Positions 59,296 through 64,000 of a DNA stretch of 64,000 bases are shown in pieces (the stretch's first letter is position 1; every line of letters begins with the position of its first letter). The stretch spans positions 1 to 64,000 of the forward strand of contig JASFYR010000013.1 of the NCBI GenBank assembly GCA_045047115.1. The letters run 5' to 3'. The notes under the pieces are model-generated. The model was not told the origin of the DNA and did no database searches. It was given only the letters and a program-made list of their open reading frames with translations. Made by a program: the position numbers and the translations under genes. This DNA is from Sulfurospirillum sp. (GTDB lineage Bacteria; Campylobacterota; Campylobacteria; Campylobacterales; Sulfurospirillaceae).

Positions 59296-60534
59296 ATGTT
59301 AGATATAAAATTGATACAAAATGATTTTGAAAATGTATGCGACAAACTGAGAAAAAAGAGTGTTAGTGAAGAGACAATCGAGAATCTAAAAGAGATTTCA
59401 ATAAAACTAAAAACCAAAAAAGCTGAGCTGGAGCCACTGCAAGCCGAACAAAATGCAAGTAGCAAACTCTTTGGTGTTTGGGCAAAAGAGGGAAAAGATA
59501 TAGGAGAGTTAAAAGCAAAGCTCAGTCTCAACAAGAAAAAGATTACAACTCTGAACAAAGATGCAAAAGAGCTAGAAAACAGACTCTCAAATCTTGCTCT
59601 CACTGTTCCAAATCTTCCTGATGATATAGTACCAAATGGTAAAGATGAAAATGATAATGTCGAAATCAAAAAAGTACTCACTCCTCCCAGTTTTGATTTT
59701 ACACCAAAAGAGCATTGGGAAATAAGTGAAAACTGGATCGACTTTCAAAGAGGTGTTAAGCTCTCAAAAAGCAGATTTTCAGTCCTAAAAAATGAGGCGG
59801 CAAAATTAGAAAGAGCCTTAATAAACTATATGTTGGATTTTAACACAAAAAGAGGATTTAGCGAGGTTGGAGTTCCTTATATCGTAAATCGTGAAACTCT
59901 AATGGGAACAGGACAGTTACCCAAATTTGAAGATGATCTGTTTAAAATAGAAGGGGAAGAGCTGTTTTTGATCCCTACAGCTGAAGTACCTGTTACAAAT
60001 CTTTTTAGAGATGAAATTATCCCCCAAGATGAACTTCCTCTAAAAATGACTTCATATACCGCTTGCTTTAGAAAAGAAGCAGGAAGTGCAGGTAGAGACA
60101 CCAGGGGTATGATACGACAACATCAGTTTGACAAAGTGGAGCTTGTCTGTATCTGCAAACCTGACCAAAGCGATAAAATCTTTGATGAGATGGTAGAGTG
60201 TGCAAGTGACCTTCTGGCTTCACTTGGGCTTGCTCACAGACACCTTATGTTGTGTGGTGGCGACTTGGGATTTGGTGCAGCCAAGACCATAGACCTAGAA
60301 GTTTGGTTTCCGGGACAAAACAGATACAGAGAGATAAGCTCTATCTCAAATACAAGAGATTTTCAAGCAAGGCGTGCAAAAATAAGATACAAAGATGGCA
60401 AAAAAAATAGACTTGTCCATACATTAAATGGCTCTTCATTGGCTGTAGGAAGAACTCTAATAGCCATAATGGAAAACTATCAAAAAGCAGATGGAAGCAT
60501 TGAAATACCAGAAGTTTTAAAAAGCTATATGTGA
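59296..60534 (+). CDS. serS: Serine-tRNA ligase
   Basis: N-terminal coiled coil; TAEVP, FRKEAG, EISS and HTLNGS motifs. Confidence 0.98.
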   Translation: MLDIKLIQNDFENVCDKLRKKSVSEETIENLKEISIKLKTKKAELEPLQAEQNASSKLFGVWAKEGKDIGELKAKLSLNKKKITTLNKDAKELENRLSNLALTVPNLPDDIVPNGKDENDNVEIKKVLTPPSFDFTPKEHWEISENWIDFQRGVKLSKSRFSVLKNEAAKLERALINYMLDFNTKRGFSEVGVPYIVNRETLMGTGQLPKFEDDLFKIEGEELFLIPTAEVPVTNLFRDEIIPQDELPLKMTSYTACFRKEAGSAGRDTRGMIRQHQFDKVELVCICKPDQSDKIFDEMVECASDLLASLGLAHRHLMLCGGDLGFGAAKTIDLEVWFPGQNRYREISSISNTRDFQARRAKIRYKDGKKNRLVHTLNGSSLAVGRTLIAIMENYQKADGSIEIPEVLKSYM

Positions 60535-60551
60535 AGCATAAAGGGAACTAA

Positions 60552-62885
60552 ATGGCAGAAGAAGAAGTAGTAATTCTTGAAGCAGAAGATGACATATCTC
60601 CACTTATAAATGCACAAACCGAAGAATCTACTACTAAACCTTCTAATGGTTCAAAAAATGGAGACAATAATAAAAAACTTTTTACTATTGTAATCGGATC
60701 TCTTGTAGCGCTTTTGATTATTATCGCACTCATTGTCCTGGTGCTTGTCCTTAAAAACAAACAGCAACCAAAAGTAGAAAATATCAATACTCAAGAGATT
60801 GTAAAGAAGCTCACAAAAAAAGAAAATATTTATCAATTTTCAAAATCAAAAGTAGAAAATATGATAAAAAAAGCAAATCTTTTATATGAAAAAGGGCAAA
60901 AACAAAAAGCTCTAAAAATCTATGAAGAAATAGCCACTTTTAATGAAGCACTCTCTTCATATAATATTGGTGTAGCCAAGATGAAAGAGAAAAATTACAA
61001 AGATGCAATAAAGGCATTTAAGAAGGCTATTTTAAATCGGGAACAAAAAACGATAAGCTCTATAAATGCCGCAGTTTGTGCTCTTCATCTGGGCAATACT
61101 AAACTCTTTAACTACTATATTGATTTGGCTTATGCCTATGTTCCAGATGAAATAAACTCACCTTTGTATTCATATCAATTGAGTCTGATAAATTACTATA
61201 GAAATTTTTATTATGAAGCACTCTCATCTTTAAAACATCCAAGTGGTAAATTCTACAAAGATGAGCAACACTATATCTCCTCAAAAATTCTTGCTTACCT
61301 AGACCACAATAAAGAGGCAATTGATATGCTTTTAAATATAAATTCTGATATAACAAATCTTCCCCTGGGGCTCCTATATGCAAGAATAGGAGAGTATTTA
61401 ATAGCAAAAAAACACTTACTAAAAGCACTAAACCAAACAAATGAGCCTATCAAAATAAAAATGGCACTTGCGCTAGTCGAAAATAAACTGGGAAACTTAA
61501 AAAACAGTGCAAAGTTGTTAGGAGATGCACAGCATCTCAATGAAAAAAAGGCAGAAGCACAATATCCCATAAAAGCAATACTTAAAGATTCTTTATTTGA
61601 TATAAATTTGGCACAAAAAGACTTTACCGAAAAGCTTTTTTTTAATGAGGAAAATATATATAATTTATTGTTTTATTTTTCTCCTTATAAGATTTTTGAC
61701 GCAAAACAAACCGTTGAATACATAAGAAAAGGGAGTCTAAATGTTTTTCTAAATGAATTAGGTCCTGCTCTGTCTTATTTAAAGGCCAGTTCATCACTTT
61801 CAAAGGTAAACATAAGCATTGCAAAAGGGATCAAAAAAGCATTGGCAAATCATACGCTTCAGGCAAATATCATCTTCAAGTCACTATTGCCATCATATCC
61901 TCAGCACTCTATATTAAACTATGATTTAGCCCTTACTTATGCACAAATAGGAAACTATAATAAAGCATATAAATATTTTGCTACAAGTTATCACTTGGAT
62001 AATACAAATTATTTAGCAGGGGTTTATGCGATATTTACAGGAAAACTCATACATAAAGACATATCAAAACTAAGCGATGATGTTAAGGCGAGCATACATT
62101 TAGATAAGAATCTTGGTGATATCAATATCTATTCATCATTGATAAACTTAAGCGAAAACAACCAATTTTCTCTTTCAAGATGGATAGAAAATGATAAATC
62201 TCAGAGTCCGTTAAACCTTATATTTGACATCATCATTTCACAAAAAATCTCTAATCAGACATTTTACAGATCAATCACACAAAAGCTCAGAAATCAATTA
62301 CCAGATGATTTGATGAGCAATATCTTATACTTCAACATGAATAATAGCCAAAAAAATATAAAAGAGTATGCAAAAGCTTTTCAAATTGAATTTAAAAACA
62401 AGAAGCTGGATTTGAGCAGTTTTTATTACGGTGCAAAAATAGCCAGAGTCCAATACACAAAACTTTTGCAAATATCCGGTCTGCTTTTCCACCAGCGCGA
62501 TAAAATCAAAAAAAGACTTCCACTAGAGAGAGATGATGCAATGTCACTCACATACACTCTGGCATATCTTGATATATTTACCCATAATTTTGAAGAATCT
62601 TATGTTTTATATAATAAACTTATCGATGATTATAAACAAAAAGACAGCAAAACCATCTTTTTAGCTTCCGTAGCATCCATTGGGGCTAAACATACCGAAA
62701 ATGCCATAGCGCTGTTAGAGCTATCAAAACTAATAGACCCAACAAATATGGAAAGCAGGTATGCACTTGGTCTTTTGTATCAAGAAGTTAAAAATTTTAA
62801 AGGTGCTTCTATACAATATGCAAGGATCGGGAATAGTGATTTTAAATCCAAATTTTTTAGTTTTAAAATAGTCAATACTCAATAA
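60552..62885 (+). CDS. pflB: TM-anchored TPR protein, flagellar motor accessory PflB-like
   Basis: Acidic N-terminus, one TM, many TPRs; position after der-aroK-trpS-serS matches the C. jejuni order as recalled. Confidence 0.72.
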   Translation: MAEEEVVILEAEDDISPLINAQTEESTTKPSNGSKNGDNNKKLFTIVIGSLVALLIIIALIVLVLVLKNKQQPKVENINTQEIVKKLTKKENIYQFSKSKVENMIKKANLLYEKGQKQKALKIYEEIATFNEALSSYNIGVAKMKEKNYKDAIKAFKKAILNREQKTISSINAAVCALHLGNTKLFNYYIDLAYAYVPDEINSPLYSYQLSLINYYRNFYYEALSSLKHPSGKFYKDEQHYISSKILAYLDHNKEAIDMLLNINSDITNLPLGLLYARIGEYLIAKKHLLKALNQTNEPIKIKMALALVENKLGNLKNSAKLLGDAQHLNEKKAEAQYPIKAILKDSLFDINLAQKDFTEKLFFNEENIYNLLFYFSPYKIFDAKQTVEYIRKGSLNVFLNELGPALSYLKASSSLSKVNISIAKGIKKALANHTLQANIIFKSLLPSYPQHSILNYDLALTYAQIGNYNKAYKYFATSYHLDNTNYLAGVYAIFTGKLIHKDISKLSDDVKASIHLDKNLGDINIYSSLINLSENNQFSLSRWIENDKSQSPLNLIFDIIISQKISNQTFYRSITQKLRNQLPDDLMSNILYFNMNNSQKNIKEYAKAFQIEFKNKKLDLSSFYYGAKIARVQYTKLLQISGLLFHQRDKIKKRLPLERDDAMSLTYTLAYLDIFTHNFEESYVLYNKLIDDYKQKDSKTIFLASVASIGAKHTENAIALLELSKLIDPTNMESRYALGLLYQEVKNFKGASIQYARIGNSDFKSKFFSFKIVNTQ

Positions 62886-62894
62886 ACAACCCTA

Positions 62895-62933
62895 CACATG
62901 CAGGAGTGGTATAGATAGCCACCTCTACATGTG
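62895..62933. terminator. Hairpin between convergent pflB and leuA
   Basis: CACATG..GTGG / CCAC..CATGTG imperfect stem. Confidence 0.5.
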
Positions 62934-62940
62934 AAGAGAT

Positions 62941-64000
62941 TTATATCAGTTTGTTTTTAACATCTCTCAAGCCATCTCTCATAGATATATAGCTATTTAG
63001 TGCACCTATATATGCCCTTGCTGTTGCCAACATTGTATCAACACTAAGTCCATGACCCATGATAGCTGGTTTACTATCATCAAACACTACTTTTACAACC
63101 ACGCGCGCTAGTGCGTCTTTCCCTTGTGTTACTGAATCAACCTTGTACTCTTTAAGTTTTCCTGCAGCACCACAAACTCTGTCTATAACTTTAAAGATAG
63201 CATCCATTGTTCCATTTCCGATAGCCGCATCAGTGATATCTTTTCCATCGTGTCTGATAGTTACTGCAGCACTTGGAAGACCTCCGGGATTACAATCAGA
63301 GAGCTGGAGTGTTATCAATTTATATGTTTCAGAGATTTTTATGATTTCAGAAGCGACAAGTGCTCTGATATCATCGTCAAATATCTCTTTTTTAGCATCA
63401 GCCAAAACTTTAAACCTCTCAAAAGCTTTTTGAATCTCCTCCTTTTTTAGATTAAATCCCAAATCTTTCAGCTTTTCACTAAATGCATGTCTTCCCGAAT
63501 GCTTACCCATAACTAAAGAATTTTTATCAAGTCCTATATCTTTAGCATTCATAATCTCATAAGTTTGAGCATTTTTCAAAATACCGTCCTGATGGATGCC
63601 ACTCTCGTGCGCAAAAGCATTTTTACCGACTATTGATTTGTTTGGCTGAGGCTCAATTCCTGTTATGGTTGAGACAAGCCTGCTTGTCGGATAGATCTCT
63701 TTTATATTTATATTTGTGTTATAATCACTAAAAATATCTTTTCTCGTCTTAAGTATCATAGCTATCTCTTCAAGCGCAGCGTTTCCTGCCCTCTCTCCCA
63801 AACCATTTATCGTACACTCTATCTGCCTAGCACCGTTTTGTATGCAAGCGATTGAACTGGCTGTTGCCAAACCCAAATCATTATGACAATGCACTGAAAG
63901 TATAGCTCGCTCACCTACACTCTCATATAGTGATTTTATGATACTTCCCATCTCACTTGGCATCCTATAACCAACGGTATCTGGTATATTTAGAGTATTT
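62941..64000 (-). CDS. leuA: 2-isopropylmalate synthase (5' end outside window)
   Basis: Frame open to the edge ([13 protein letters not shown]); [28 protein letters not shown] and allosteric tail. Confidence 0.95.
   Translation of the reverse strand, partial: NTLNIPDTVGYRMPSEMGSIIKSLYESVGERAILSVHCHNDLGLATASSIACIQNGARQIECTINGLGERAGNAALEEIAMILKTRKDIFSDYNTNINIKEIYPTSRLVSTITGIEPQPNKSIVGKNAFAHESGIHQDGILKNAQTYEIMNAKDIGLDKNSLVMGKHSGRHAFSEKLKDLGFNLKKEEIQKAFERFKVLADAKKEIFDDDIRALVASEIIKISETYKLITLQLSDCNPGGLPSAAVTIRHDGKDITDAAIGNGTMDAIFKVIDRVCGAAGKLKEYKVDSVTQGKDALARVVVKVVFDDSKPAIMGHGLSVDTMLATARAYIGALNSYISMRDGLRDVKNKLI

Noticed and set aside
1895..63450. Numerous short antisense or alternative-frame ORFs in the ORF track
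   Set aside because: They lie inside motif-supported genes and show no recognisable motifs.

Overview
AT-rich window from a free-living Campylobacterota (epsilonproteobacterial) chromosome; the genus cannot be fixed from sequence alone. About 1-19.7 kb is accessory-looking: TetR plus an EmrAB-TolC-type efflux pump, a DMT transporter, a glutamine-synthetase-like/ALDH/Fe-ADH cluster, a DUF4212-SSS(ActP-like)-CBS/nucleotidyltransferase-DEDDh exonuclease cassette, and a di-haem cytochrome c peroxidase-like gene coupled to a DAHL-PAS-GGDEF-EAL gene. About 19.8-64 kb is mostly core backbone in Campylobacter-like gene order: tRNA-Leu, atpE, pnp, lptD, purD, 6S RNA, hemD, guaA, nhaD, nadB, uvrC, hisG, coaX, gatC, cvpA, fur, lysS, glyA, trpE, aroE, a TRAP transporter, der, aroK, trpS, serS, pflB and a partial leuA. 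A NIT-sensor phosphorelay and a pilT-GGDEF pair are interposed in this backbone. No transposase, integrase, phage or cas genes were seen. Most notable items: (1) a dispersed ~110-bp structured repeat (2 copies at the left edge, 1 before guaA) whose guaA copy forms an RBS-bearing 28-aa uORF coupled to guaA; (2) a putative peroxide/redox-to-c-di-GMP module (Ccp-like + DAHL sensor); (3) a putative nucleotidylation writer/eraser pair beside a solute symporter; (4) an unannotated 43-aa lipoprotein; (5) an aroE that appears to start at ATA. All family calls are by motif recognition; no database search was run.
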